DNA of 62,884 nt, the filler included. It is 6 parts of 6 records of this genome, joined end to end, with 100 filler letters (N's around TTAATTAATTAA, not from the genome) between each part and the next. Parts side by side here need not be neighbours in the genome. Positions count along the whole stretch, not along the records: positions 1 to 11,614 come from SRR31156797_21775; 5 more parts are not named here. The stretch is one strand, 5' to 3'. Position numbers and translations under genes: made by a program. Within the stretch, counting starts at the first letter, position 1. Each line of letters starts with the position of its first letter. Positions 1 to 9,925 of the stretch are shown piece by piece. The notes beneath the pieces are model-generated. The model made no database searches. It had not been told where the DNA came from and saw nothing but the letters and a program-made list of their open reading frames with translations.

Positions 1-202
1 TTGATCACTTATTTACTGTGATTGGTATAATTGTGTTTAAAACTTGTTTGATAAGCATGGGTGAAGGTGGGGATACATAGTGTGAAAGAAATCAAATAAC
101 AGATCTGGCTGACAGTATGATTGGTTATTTTGGGCACCAATTCACACAATGAAGGGGTTTACGGGTAAACATTGTGCCTATTTATGTGTTGTTTGAGCTG
201 TT

Positions 203-706
203 TTAAGCTTGAGCTCTAAGCTGATCGTGGCGAAAAGCCACAATCAGTTGATTGTACATATCAGCCGGTAAGTGCACTGGCGCAGATTTTTCAGCAAGGT
301 GTCGCCTCTCATGACCTGATAAATTTAGATAAACATCTTCAGGTAAATCTTGGGTATCTTCAGGCAGATAAGTTAATACTTCAGGTTTCAAGTAGTGACT
401 GAGTTTTGCACTTGCAATGCCGCCGTGATGAAATAAATCAGCTTGCTGAGCGGAAATGGCGTAAGAACTTTGGTCATTTCTTAGTGCTTGAGGTTCATTG
501 AGTTCAAAACGCTGGCGAAGAAGCTCTTCGGTTGTTACGGGCTGTTCAACTTTTTCAACCGGAGTGTTATCACGAACATCATTTGAAAACAGCGCAAGCA
601 TTAAAGAGAAATCAGAACGTCGTCCTTGCTGAACGGCGTGACAGATCCCTGACCCTATGTTCAGTTCACTGATGATTCCTGCTTTATCTAAAGTGTGTAC
701 TTGCAT
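203..706 (-). CDS. VC2046/SO_2500-like conserved hypothetical protein
   Basis: ORF immediately downstream of sodB. The start MQVHTLDK at 706 follows a GGAG RBS. The RRSDFSLMLALFSND motif and synteny match Vibrionaceae as I recall them. Confidence 0.7.
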   Translation of the reverse strand: MQVHTLDKAGIISELNIGSGICHAVQQGRRSDFSLMLALFSNDVRDNTPVEKVEQPVTTEELLRQRFELNEPQALRNDQSSYAISAQQADLFHHGGIASAKLSHYLKPEVLTYLPEDTQDLPEDVYLNLSGHERRHLAEKSAPVHLPADMYNQLIVAFRHDQLRAQA

Positions 707-768
707 TTTGCTCTCCGTTTGATGCTCTTTTAACGGCATCAAACACAAAATCTTTAGTGCAAATACAC

Positions 769-794
769 AAAAAAGCCTGCAAAAATGCAGGCTT
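769..794 (-). terminator. Rho-independent terminator of sodB
   Basis: On the minus strand, AAGCCTGCA-TTTT-TGCAGGCTT followed by a T run. Confidence 0.8.
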
Positions 795-838
795 AATAAT
801 TTTGACTAAATTGTTTTATCCCAAGGGGGAAACGAAGA

Positions 839-1423
839 TTACTTCGCTAGGTTCGCAGCTACGAATTCCCAGTTTACCAGTGCCCAGAAACCGTTCATGT
901 AGTCTGGACGTAGGTTACGGTAATCGATGTAGTATGCGTGTTCCCATAGGTCAACAGTAAGAAGAGGAGTAACACCTTCTTCTGTGATAGGAGTAGCAGC
1001 GTTAGACGTGTTAACGATTGCTAGAGAGCCGTCAGCTTTCTTCACAAGCCAAGTCCAAGAAGAACCGAAGTTGTTGATTGCTGAATCAGTGAACTTCGCT
1101 TTGAATTCTTCGAAAGAACCAAATGCTGAGTTAATTGCTTCAGCAACTGCACCTGTTGGTTCACCACCAGCGTTTGGCGCTAGACAGTGCCAGTAGAAAG
1201 TGTGGTTCCAAACTTGCGCAGCGTTGTTGAAGATACCGCCAGTAGAAGTTTTGATGATCTCTTCTAGTGTTTTACCTTCAAACTCAGTACCAGGTACTAG
1301 GCCGTTTAGCTTAACAACGTAAGTGTTGTGGTGCTTGCCGTAGTGGTACTCAAGTGTTTCAGCTGAGATATGTGGTTCTAGTGCGTCTTTTGCGTAAGGA
1401 AGAGCTGGTAGTTCAAATGCCAT
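839..1423 (-). CDS. sodB: Fe superoxide dismutase
   Basis: MAFELPALPY start, HYGKHH, AAQVWNH (Fe-type signature) and DLWEHAYY. GGAGA RBS precedes the ATG at 1423. Confidence 0.97.
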   Translation of the reverse strand: MAFELPALPYAKDALEPHISAETLEYHYGKHHNTYVVKLNGLVPGTEFEGKTLEEIIKTSTGGIFNNAAQVWNHTFYWHCLAPNAGGEPTGAVAEAINSAFGSFEEFKAKFTDSAINNFGSSWTWLVKKADGSLAIVNTSNAATPITEEGVTPLLTVDLWEHAYYIDYRNLRPDYMNGFWALVNWEFVAANLAK

Positions 1424-1709
1424 TGCTCGATTCTCCATATAGGTGAAAGAGAGGGAACTCTCTCGATTGCTTCCAATGTATTTTTTATGTTTAGTCGATA
1501 CGACTGACTATTGTACCTCAATCATCTCAAGATACTGGACTCAAAGCTTTATCAACGAGTTCAGTTCAAGAAAATAACTGTAGAAAGGGTAGACCCTTTC
1601 AGAGCTAAATCTATTTTAGCAACTTTTTACTTTATTAAAACCCCAGAGACAAGAAAACTGGCTTATTTATAATATTAAATTCATATAAGGAATGCCTTTG
1701 TAGTGCGTT

Positions 1710-1802
1710 TATACTCAAGTGACCTCAAGATTAAGGGTTCAGAGCCTTGGCTAAGCGCGAATAAATTCTCGCTGAACAAGCATCTGAAGTTACTTGGGTA
1801 TA
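1710..1802. repeat. ERIC-like miniature inverted-repeat element
   Basis: TATACTCAAGTGACCTCAAGAT at the left end and ATCTGAAGTTACTTGGGTATA at the right end (reverse complement TATACCCAAGTAACTTCAGAT). About 21-bp imperfect terminal inverted repeats with TATA ends. Confidence 0.7.
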
Positions 1803-1924
1803 TAGTAAGAACGAAAAGTTTGGTGAGGAATGAAATTTAAGCCCATACTGATAATGTGCTTTTTATTCTCATCCAATGATTTAGAATACATGCTATGAAA
1901 TACGAAACCCATTATGAGGAAGCA

Positions 1925-2260
1925 ATGGAAACCATCGATAAAATCAAACAGCAAATTGAAGAAAACTCGATCCTACTTTACATGAAAGGTTCACCAAAGC
2001 TACCAAGCTGTGGTTTCTCTTCTCAAGCAGCACAAGCGCTAATGGCTTGTGGTGAAAAATTTGCTTACGTAGATATTCTGCAAAACCCAGATATCCGCGC
2101 AGAATTGCCTGTATACGCTCAATGGCCAACTTTTCCACAACTGTGGATCGAAGGCGAACTTATCGGTGGTTGTGACATCATTCTAGAAATGTTCCAGAAA
2201 GGTGAGCTTCAACCAATAGTTAAAGAAGCGGCAGCTCGCTCTGCTAGCGACGAAGAGTAA
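1925..2260 (+). CDS. grxD: Monothiol glutaredoxin Grx4
   Basis: CGFS active site, WPTFPQL and GGCDI motifs. GAGG RBS precedes the ATG at 1925. Confidence 0.97.
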   Translation: METIDKIKQQIEENSILLYMKGSPKLPSCGFSSQAAQALMACGEKFAYVDILQNPDIRAELPVYAQWPTFPQLWIEGELIGGCDIILEMFQKGELQPIVKEAAARSASDEE

Positions 2261-2371
2261 TCCTGTTCATATTTTGAAGAGGATACTGTAATTTTATACA
2301 GTTTTTCTTGATTTCTTAAGGCCACATTCGATAATGTGGCCTTAGTTTTTTCTACCATTTGTATTTTTATC

Positions 2372-4318
2372 ATGAGTCGATTATTCATCGCAGAAAAACC
2401 GAGTCTTGGGCGCGCCATTGCAGATGCCTTACCTAAGCCCCATAAGAAAGATCAAGGTTTTATTCGTTGTGCGAATGGCGATGTGGTGACTTGGTGCATC
2501 GGGCATCTTCTCGAGCAGGTTGAACCAGACGCTTATGATGAGCGATACAAAAAATGGAATCTGGCAGACTTACCGATTGTCCCTGACCAGTGGCAATTAA
2601 GGCCACGTAAAACGGCCAGTAAGCAACTCACTGTTGTTCGTAAGTTGATAAAAGAACATAACGAAATCATTCATGCGGGAGACCCTGATCGTGAAGGGCA
2701 ATTGCTGGTGGATGAGGTTATCGACTATTGTAAAGTTGCGAAAAACAAGAAGGCCACGATTCAGCGTTTATTGATTAGTGACCTTAACTTACCCGCCGTA
2801 AAACGCGCGCTTTCCAGCATGCGCAGCAACCGTGATTTCATTCCTCTTTCTGTTTCGGCCTTAGCTCGTTCAAGAGCTGACTGGCTGTATGGTATGAACA
2901 TGTCACGTGCTTACACATTGTTAGGTCAAAAAGCAGGTTATCAGGGCGTGCTTTCTGTTGGGCGGGTGCAAACTCCGGTGCTCGGTTTGGTTGTGCGCCG
3001 TGATGAAGAAATCGAAAACTTCGTTCCGCGTGACTATTTTACCCTTCATGCATTAATCCCTTATCAGGATGGCAGCTCTTCGTTTGATATTCGTGCTCGC
3101 TGGAAGCCGAGCGAGGCGTGCAAACCTTGGCAAGATGAAGAGGGGCGAGTATTAAACCGTAAGCTGGTTGAGAATGTGGCCCAACGTATTGCCGGTCAGC
3201 CTGCAAAAGTGGTTGAGTCGGAGCAGAATCAGACTAAACAAGCGGCTCCTCTACCTTATTCATTGTCAGCGTTACAGATAGATGCCTCTAAGCGCTATAA
3301 CATGAGCGCACAGCAGGTATTAGATTGCTGTCAGGCATTGTACGAAAAACACAAGCTGATCACTTACCCCCGTTCAGATTGTCGCTATTTGCCGAAAGAG
3401 CATTTCGCTCAAGCCCCTTCAATTACAGAAGCGATTGCAAACAACGCGAAGGAGTTGGTAAATGCAGTTTCTGGTGCCAATTTGTCGTTGAAATCCAAGG
3501 CTTGGAACGATGCAAAAGTGGATGCACACCACGCAATCATTCCAACCCCGAAAAAGGCATCGGTAAATGCACTTTCCGGCTACGAAATGAAGGTATATCA
3601 GCTTATTGCTCGACAGTACCTAATGCAGTTTTATCCTCATGCGGTTTATGCCGAGGCCAAACTTGTCTTTGATATCGCTGGTGGAACATTTATCGCTAAA
3701 GGGCGACAACTGGTGTCTGCAGGCTGGAAAGAACTGACGGGTAAGACCGAAGAACAGGATGATGGTGTGGACAAAGTGCCACCACTCACGGTTGGTACAG
3801 AACTGGTTTGTCGTGAAGGCGAAATTAAAGATAGAAAGACAGAGCCGCCGAGGCACTTTACGGAAGCAACGTTATTGCAGGCAATGACAGGAATTGCACG
3901 CTTTGTTGAAGACAAAGAGCTGAAGAAAATACTGCGTGAAACCGACGGTTTGGGAACGGAAGCGACGCGTGCTGGTATTTTGGATACATTGTTCAAACGT
4001 CAGTTGCTGAAACGTGATGGCAAAATTATTCGAAGTACGCCTGCCGGAAGAGGTCTTATTCATGCTTTACCCAGTGATTCGACCTATCCAGATATGACGG
4101 CAAACTGGGAGCATCAATTGCAAGCGATGGCTGAACGTGGTCAAGCGTATCAGCCTTTTATGGCGGCATTGCAGCAACGAATAGATGCGTTAATGTATGA
4201 AGTAAAAACAGGGCCAGTACCAGAATCGCTACGCTCACTGCCTGCGGTAGAAAGACCCGCGTTTAAACGCAAAAAGCGCAGCTATACCAAAGGTAAGCCG
4301 CGCTCTAAAGCCAATTAA
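2372..4318 (+). CDS. topB: DNA topoisomerase III
   Basis: [24 protein letters not shown], catalytic ITYPRSD and GLGTEATRA. Confidence 0.96.
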   Translation: MSRLFIAEKPSLGRAIADALPKPHKKDQGFIRCANGDVVTWCIGHLLEQVEPDAYDERYKKWNLADLPIVPDQWQLRPRKTASKQLTVVRKLIKEHNEIIHAGDPDREGQLLVDEVIDYCKVAKNKKATIQRLLISDLNLPAVKRALSSMRSNRDFIPLSVSALARSRADWLYGMNMSRAYTLLGQKAGYQGVLSVGRVQTPVLGLVVRRDEEIENFVPRDYFTLHALIPYQDGSSSFDIRARWKPSEACKPWQDEEGRVLNRKLVENVAQRIAGQPAKVVESEQNQTKQAAPLPYSLSALQIDASKRYNMSAQQVLDCCQALYEKHKLITYPRSDCRYLPKEHFAQAPSITEAIANNAKELVNAVSGANLSLKSKAWNDAKVDAHHAIIPTPKKASVNALSGYEMKVYQLIARQYLMQFYPHAVYAEAKLVFDIAGGTFIAKGRQLVSAGWKELTGKTEEQDDGVDKVPPLTVGTELVCREGEIKDRKTEPPRHFTEATLLQAMTGIARFVEDKELKKILRETDGLGTEATRAGILDTLFKRQLLKRDGKIIRSTPAGRGLIHALPSDSTYPDMTANWEHQLQAMAERGQAYQPFMAALQQRIDALMYEVKTGPVPESLRSLPAVERPAFKRKKRSYTKGKPRSKAN

Positions 4319-4377
4319 TCATTGTCCTTACTCACTGTTGTCAGCACAGATTTACCCATAGCGAGAGCAAAGTTGTT

Positions 4378-5298
4378 ATGATTCCACTGATTTATCATCC
4401 TATCTACTCTCAGCTTGATTTACCTCCGGAACACCGATATCCGATTAATAAATATCGCCTGCTCTATGATGCAGTACGAGAGCAACAGCAGCTTGAAAAA
4501 CAATGGCAGTCCGGATTTCAGTTTTTTCAACCACAACCCCTGAGTATTGACGCTGTTAAACAGGTACATGATGACCAGTATGTTGAATTGCTAGTTACGG
4601 GTTCACTGCCAGCAGCAAAGATGCGCCGTATTGGTTTTCCTTGGAGCGAAGGTTTAATTGAACGGACGTTAACCTCATCCGGCGGCACCTGTTTGACTGC
4701 CGAGTTGGCGTTGAAACATGGTTGCGCAATCCATCTGAGTGGTGGTTATCACCATGCGCACAATGATTTTGGTAGTGGCTTTTGCTTATTTAACGATTTG
4801 GTGCTGGCTGCTGATCATGCCATAGAGCATGAAGATGTAGATAAGGTGTTGATTGTTGATAGCGATGTTCATCATGGCGATGGGACGGCGACACTGTGTT
4901 CACAACGTGATGACATCATTACGCTCTCATTTCATTGTGATAAGAACTTCCCAGCACGCAAGCCTGAGTCAAACTTGGATGTGGCTTTGCCAAGAGAAGC
5001 AGGGGATGAAGAGTTTCTAGCGCATTTTACTTCAGTGGTGGAAATGGCGGTGAATCTCTATCAACCCGATTTGATCATTTACGATGCTGGGGTAGATGTT
5101 CATCATGAAGATGAATTGGGGTATCTGAATGTGTCCACTCAAGCCATTTTTGAGCGCGACCGCTTTATGATGCAACTGACTAAAGATAAGAACATCCCAA
5201 TCGCTTGTGTGGTGGGAGGAGGGTACCGGAGTGACCACCAAACGTTGGTGCCCATTCATATGCAGTTACTTAAGGCTGCGATGAGTGTGAGACAGTAA
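4378..5298 (+). CDS. Histone deacetylase family protein
   Basis: GGYHHA, GFCLFND, DSDVHHGDGT, DAGVD and GGGY motifs. Confidence 0.93.
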   Translation: MIPLIYHPIYSQLDLPPEHRYPINKYRLLYDAVREQQQLEKQWQSGFQFFQPQPLSIDAVKQVHDDQYVELLVTGSLPAAKMRRIGFPWSEGLIERTLTSSGGTCLTAELALKHGCAIHLSGGYHHAHNDFGSGFCLFNDLVLAADHAIEHEDVDKVLIVDSDVHHGDGTATLCSQRDDIITLSFHCDKNFPARKPESNLDVALPREAGDEEFLAHFTSVVEMAVNLYQPDLIIYDAGVDVHHEDELGYLNVSTQAIFERDRFMMQLTKDKNIPIACVVGGGYRSDHQTLVPIHMQLLKAAMSVRQ

Positions 5299-5313
5299 TC
5301 TTTCTTTGCATAC

Positions 5314-5341
5314 AAAAACGCCAGCAAAAACGCTGGCGTTT
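5314..5341. terminator. Bidirectional terminator between convergent genes
   Basis: AAACGCCAGC-AAAAAC-GCTGGCGTTT hairpin. Confidence 0.75.
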
Positions 5342-5365
5342 ATTCATTATAAATAGAATGTCTAT

Positions 5366-6559
5366 TTAGACTGCAGCAAAGGCTTCTGCTACACGATCAA
5401 CATTGTGTTCGTTCAACCCCGCCAAACACATACGGCCACTATTGATTAAGTAAATGCCGTGTTCGTTACGCAGTTTCTCTACTGTCGATTGACTAAAGCC
5501 CGTATAGCTAAACATGCCTTTTTGCTTCACCAAGAAGCTGAAGTCTTTTTCAGGGCATAAGCTTTTAAGCTGGCGATGAAGCGTTTCTCGCATGGTTAGG
5601 ATACGGCTTCGCATGCCTTCAACTTCATCAAACCAGAGAGCTTTTAGCTCTTCGGTATTCAGCACGTTTGATACAACAACAGCACCGTGTTTTGCCGGGC
5701 TGGAGTAGTTGCGACGAACTGTTGCTTTTAATTGACCCAGAACGCGTGAAGCTTCATCTTCATAACCACAAACGACTGACAGCCCCCCAACACGTTCGCC
5801 ATACAGTGAAAATGTTTTAGAGAAAGAGTTACTGACAAAGCTAACGACTGCTTTTTCTAGTGATATTTTGCGAATCACGTAAGCATCTTCATCGATGCCT
5901 TCACCGTAACCCTGATACGCCATATCGAAGAACGGGATGAGTTTGTGTTGTTTTATTTGTTCAATCACTTCATCCCACTGTTCGTTGGTTAAATCAACAC
6001 CAGTAGGGTTATGGCAGCATGGGTGCAGTAATACGATGCTTTGCTCAGGTAGTGTTCTCAACGCAGAAATCATACCGTCGAAATCGAGCATTTTAGTATC
6101 CGGATCGAAGTAAGGGTAAGTATTTACTTCGAATCCTGCACCCGCGAAAATTGCGTTATGGTTTTCCCAAGTGGGATTACTCACCCAAACTTTAGATTGG
6201 GGGAAGTAATGATGCAGGAAGTCTGCGCCCACCATAAGGGCACCTGAACCTCCAAGAGATTGGATGGTTGCCACGCGTTTTTCTTCTAGTGCAGGGTGGT
6301 TGTTGCCAAAAACGAGATCTTGAACTGCAGTTCGATAGTTCAGCAGACCTTCCATTGGTAGGTAAATACATGGCTGTTTTTCAGCATTGGCAAGTTGTTC
6401 TTGAGACTGAGCGACTGAATCCAATGTTGGTATTTTACCTTCCTGGTCATAGTACAGGCCAATACTCAGGTTCACTTTTTCAGATCGGTCATCCGCAATA
6501 AACTGTTCCATAAGGGACAGAATAGGATCTCCTGCATAAGCTTCTACATGGTTGAGCAC
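5366..6559 (-). CDS. Aromatic amino acid/aspartate aminotransferase (class I PLP, TyrB-like)
   Basis: [32 protein letters not shown] (PLP lysine) and [12 protein letters not shown] start after AAGGAG. Confidence 0.92.
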   Translation of the reverse strand: MLNHVEAYAGDPILSLMEQFIADDRSEKVNLSIGLYYDQEGKIPTLDSVAQSQEQLANAEKQPCIYLPMEGLLNYRTAVQDLVFGNNHPALEEKRVATIQSLGGSGALMVGADFLHHYFPQSKVWVSNPTWENHNAIFAGAGFEVNTYPYFDPDTKMLDFDGMISALRTLPEQSIVLLHPCCHNPTGVDLTNEQWDEVIEQIKQHKLIPFFDMAYQGYGEGIDEDAYVIRKISLEKAVVSFVSNSFSKTFSLYGERVGGLSVVCGYEDEASRVLGQLKATVRRNYSSPAKHGAVVVSNVLNTEELKALWFDEVEGMRSRILTMRETLHRQLKSLCPEKDFSFLVKQKGMFSYTGFSQSTVEKLRNEHGIYLINSGRMCLAGLNEHNVDRVAEAFAAV

Positions 6560-6573
6560 TTAAATTCTCCTTT

Positions 6574-7191
6574 TTAATTATTTACTAGATAACGATCTGA
6601 ACGGTGATTCAATCCAATTATGAAGTTCAATATCACGCCACAAAGTATGGAAAGCGCGAGCTCAAAGTACCCCACAACGGACAGTGACACTAGCATAATA
6701 GTGATGTCTACGCCCATCATAAACCAACCCGCTCTTAGACCAATTTTATCCTGAAGATAAAGAGCAAGAATATTGAATCCACCCAGGCTGGCTTTATGGC
6801 GAAATAGGATGATAAATCCCGTGCCAAAAAGGAACCCTCCGAAAATGGCAGCGTAAAAAGGGTTAACATCAGCAATCTGAATGAAGTGTGATTGCGTATT
6901 AGTGATAAAAGATACGAGACCAACCGCTGTAAACGTTTTGAGGCAGAATAGCCACCCCATACGACGTATAGCAAGATAGTAAAATGGAAGGTTTACCAAA
7001 AAGAAAACCGTACCAAATTCAAGGTGAAAGTTGTAGCTCAAGAAGAGTGATAGACCCGCAGTTCCGCCAGTTACCATTCCGACAGATTTTAGAAATAACA
7101 CACCAAATGAAACTAAACTCGTCCCCATTAACAATGCAAACGCATCTTCAAACCATTTGTGGTCTGTGTTCGTTAAAGTCGCTTCAGACAT
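6574..7191 (-). CDS. YitT family membrane protein
   Basis: TGGTAG, FFLVNLPFY and ASLGG motifs, with multiple TM segments. Confidence 0.85.
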   Translation of the reverse strand: MSEATLTNTDHKWFEDAFALLMGTSLVSFGVLFLKSVGMVTGGTAGLSLFLSYNFHLEFGTVFFLVNLPFYYLAIRRMGWLFCLKTFTAVGLVSFITNTQSHFIQIADVNPFYAAIFGGFLFGTGFIILFRHKASLGGFNILALYLQDKIGLRAGWFMMGVDITIMLVSLSVVGYFELALSILCGVILNFIIGLNHRSDRYLVNN

Positions 7192-7424
7192 CTTTTCTTC
7201 CCTAAAAATAAAACTTCACTCGACTCATTGATATGGACTTGAAATAGAACGCTATCTATTTCTTAAGTAGGTCAAAGTGAGTAATTATGCGTAAAACGTG
7301 CAGTATTAATATCATTATGGGATATTTGTGCAATAAAATTTTAAATATAATTACTTTGTGAGGTAATTAATAAAATCTTGCACCAAATGTGTTTTTTTAT
7401 TTACCCAGTTTGGTGCGGATTACT

Positions 7425-7889
7425 TTAAGCACTGAGCGTGGTGCCGTATTCTTTGACACGTTCTAATACAACGGAGGTTTTGATGTGGGAAATAAGTTGA
7501 GTAGTAAAAATCCGGTTAACCAAATCGTTGAGGTTGTTTAAGTCAGCGACCAGACACTTTATAAAGTAATCCGCTTCACCAGTTGTTTTAAATACTTCAA
7601 CAATACTGCTTTCATTATCTATAAAATTCAGAAACTTATCGGTATTGTTTGATTGGTGATTTAGGAGCTTTACTTCGATCATCGCAATCACTTCTTGCTG
7701 TAGTGCATGAGGCGATAAACGCGCGTGATAGCCCAAGATGAGATTGTTGCTTTCTAAAGTTATTCTTCGGCGGGAACATTGTGAGGCTGAAAGTCCTACA
7801 ATTTCACTAAGTTCTTGATTAGTAAGACGTCCATTGTCTTGTAATAACTGCAGGATTTTTACGTCGTAAGCGTCCAGTTCATTGGCCAT
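7425..7889 (-). CDS. Lrp/AsnC family transcriptional regulator
   Basis: LDAYDVKILQLLQDNGRLTNQELSEIVGLSASQCSRR HTH and TGEADY. AAGGAG RBS precedes the ATG at 7889. Confidence 0.93.
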   Translation of the reverse strand: MANELDAYDVKILQLLQDNGRLTNQELSEIVGLSASQCSRRRITLESNNLILGYHARLSPHALQQEVIAMIEVKLLNHQSNNTDKFLNFIDNESSIVEVFKTTGEADYFIKCLVADLNNLNDLVNRIFTTQLISHIKTSVVLERVKEYGTTLSA

Positions 7890-8208
7890 GTATTGCTGTT
7901 CTCCTTTTTTAGCTGGCTGTGAGTGTACCAACTCCATTTCCCCCAAACTACTGTTCATTCATAAATCATGAAATTTTATGTGGTATAAGTTTTGCGTTTT
8001 CGGATTTGAATCAATTTGAAATTCATATTCAGCAGACGCTGTTTGGCTAGTGGTGATGGCTGTCGCTTATCTATTCACGAAACGTCAGGCATCTAAACAA
8101 GACTTTGGAAGTCTCTGAAACAACAGTGTAGTTTCTCTGTTTCCCTATAGATTAAAGCCGCTTTTTCAGATGAATAACGGCTAATTTATTTGTGACATTC
8201 TCTATCAT

Positions 8209-9603
8209 CTATAGAACCGGTGAAGCAGGCACTCCCTGATTGTTTAATTGTAGTGCAGGCAGTTTGTCCAGAGCTCGTTTAAGCGCCTCAAAGCAATGTC
8301 TATCAATCGCCGTATCAAGGTTTTCTTCCATAATGCTAAGTGTTTTAGCAACAGGGACTGCGCCTCGATAAGGTCTTTCTGCCGTGATGGCATCGAAAAT
8401 ATCTGCTGTAGTGATGATACGGGTCATCAAATGAATATCTTCGGCACAAACGCCTCTGGGATATCCAGTACCATCGAGCTTTTCATGATGAGATCCAGTC
8501 ATTCGGGCAAACTGTTTTAGAGGCGAAATCTTTTCAAGGATCTGTTCCGTATAACTAGCGTGTGCCTTTACGGATTCCCATTCTTCTTCGTCTAGCTTGC
8601 CTGGTTTGTCCAAAATCGTGTTACTCACACCGAGTTTACCCACATCATGAAGTAACGCGGCACGCTTGATCCATATTCGTTCATGCTCTGAGATATTTAA
8701 CTCTTGGGCAATCAAGTCTGAAAATACCGCTACCCGCTCACTGTGACCTGCAGTGAATGGGCTTTTCGAGTCTACAATTTTTCCAAAGGCAGTGACGATA
8801 CAGTTAAAATACTCGTCATCAACGTCAATACTGACATTGGCGGGAGCGAGACTCATGACTCGATGAGTGATGTCGCTTGATTTAAGTCCGTCTGAAAAAT
8901 CAGCCTGTTCAGCCACAGATATAAGGATGACGACTAAGGAGGGATCAAACCAGGTCCCGCTTCGGGATTGTACTTCTTCCAGAGCTTCTTCAAATCCATG
9001 TTCAAATTGAAATACATCAAAAACCTGAGCAATCAGTGCAATGCGAGAAAATAGGGGGATCTCTTGCTCAGTAAGATGGTTAGGGTTGCCGCTGCCATCC
9101 CAGTGTTCATCTAAGCTATGCACACCGTCAGCTACGTGTTCGCTAAATTTGAGTTCGCGTGCAACTTCTGCTCCGCGAGTACAGCGTGTTTCTATCAGTT
9201 CATGCGCGTATTCTGTGCCGTTTTTCAATATGTCGACGGTGGTTGAAATACGTTTCGCCCAACTCTGGCTGGATCCTGTGTTCTTGATAATAAAGTTCAC
9301 CACACTGGAAAGGCTTGTCCCTACTGTTTTGTACTTGTGTTTAAACTCACGGTCGTCGGTGGCATAAAGTTCACATATACGCGCGGCATTACTGCTGCAT
9401 CCGGCATCTTTGAGTAGCAAGGTGAAGAACAGATCATGCAGTTGGGTACTATCAAGATTTAACGCTTCACCAATGTGCATCCCAATCCAGCAACAACGTA
9501 TACAGTGTTCAGGAGGCTGACCTTCAGTGATGTCTAACGCTGTCGTTAGAGCCATCATTAGTTCAGAAAGAGGAATGGTTATTTTATTGTCCGCTGGAAT
9601 CAT
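8209..9603 (-). CDS. Tandem HD-GYP domain protein (putative c-di-GMP phosphodiesterase)
   Basis: The C-terminal domain has LLHDVGK and HHEKLDGTGYP. The N-terminal copy is degenerate (LLKDAGC, DEHWDGSGNP). Confidence 0.9.
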   Translation of the reverse strand: MIPADNKITIPLSELMMALTTALDITEGQPPEHCIRCCWIGMHIGEALNLDSTQLHDLFFTLLLKDAGCSSNAARICELYATDDREFKHKYKTVGTSLSSVVNFIIKNTGSSQSWAKRISTTVDILKNGTEYAHELIETRCTRGAEVARELKFSEHVADGVHSLDEHWDGSGNPNHLTEQEIPLFSRIALIAQVFDVFQFEHGFEEALEEVQSRSGTWFDPSLVVILISVAEQADFSDGLKSSDITHRVMSLAPANVSIDVDDEYFNCIVTAFGKIVDSKSPFTAGHSERVAVFSDLIAQELNISEHERIWIKRAALLHDVGKLGVSNTILDKPGKLDEEEWESVKAHASYTEQILEKISPLKQFARMTGSHHEKLDGTGYPRGVCAEDIHLMTRIITTADIFDAITAERPYRGAVPVAKTLSIMEENLDTAIDRHCFEALKRALDKLPALQLNNQGVPASPVL

Positions 9604-9925
9604 AGATAGCTCTAAAGTTTATGTGTAGCAGTAAAAGTAATAGTAGTGGATGTCGTGTGCTTTGCCACTTATATCATTGTTAAATAGTATTTTTTTGCAA
9701 TGTAAGCTAAACAAAAATAGCAAAAGTGACGAAGTCAGTAGGATGGTTTACTCGTATCCAACTTCTGGTCAAGCACCTTAATTCATCATTATTAGTTAGG
9801 TGGAAGTCGCTAATCCACAACTGTGAGGAATGAATTCAATTGCTGTAAGGTTTTTCCTGTTTTGTCTGAATTGACCTTAAGCATGGCGGACGTTTGGTAC
9901 TATATGCTCCGGAGGGGTTACTGTT

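Noticed and set aside
757-1196. Short antisense or overlapping ORFs here and throughout the ORF track
   Set aside because: They are shadows of well-supported genes, with no motifs or RBS.
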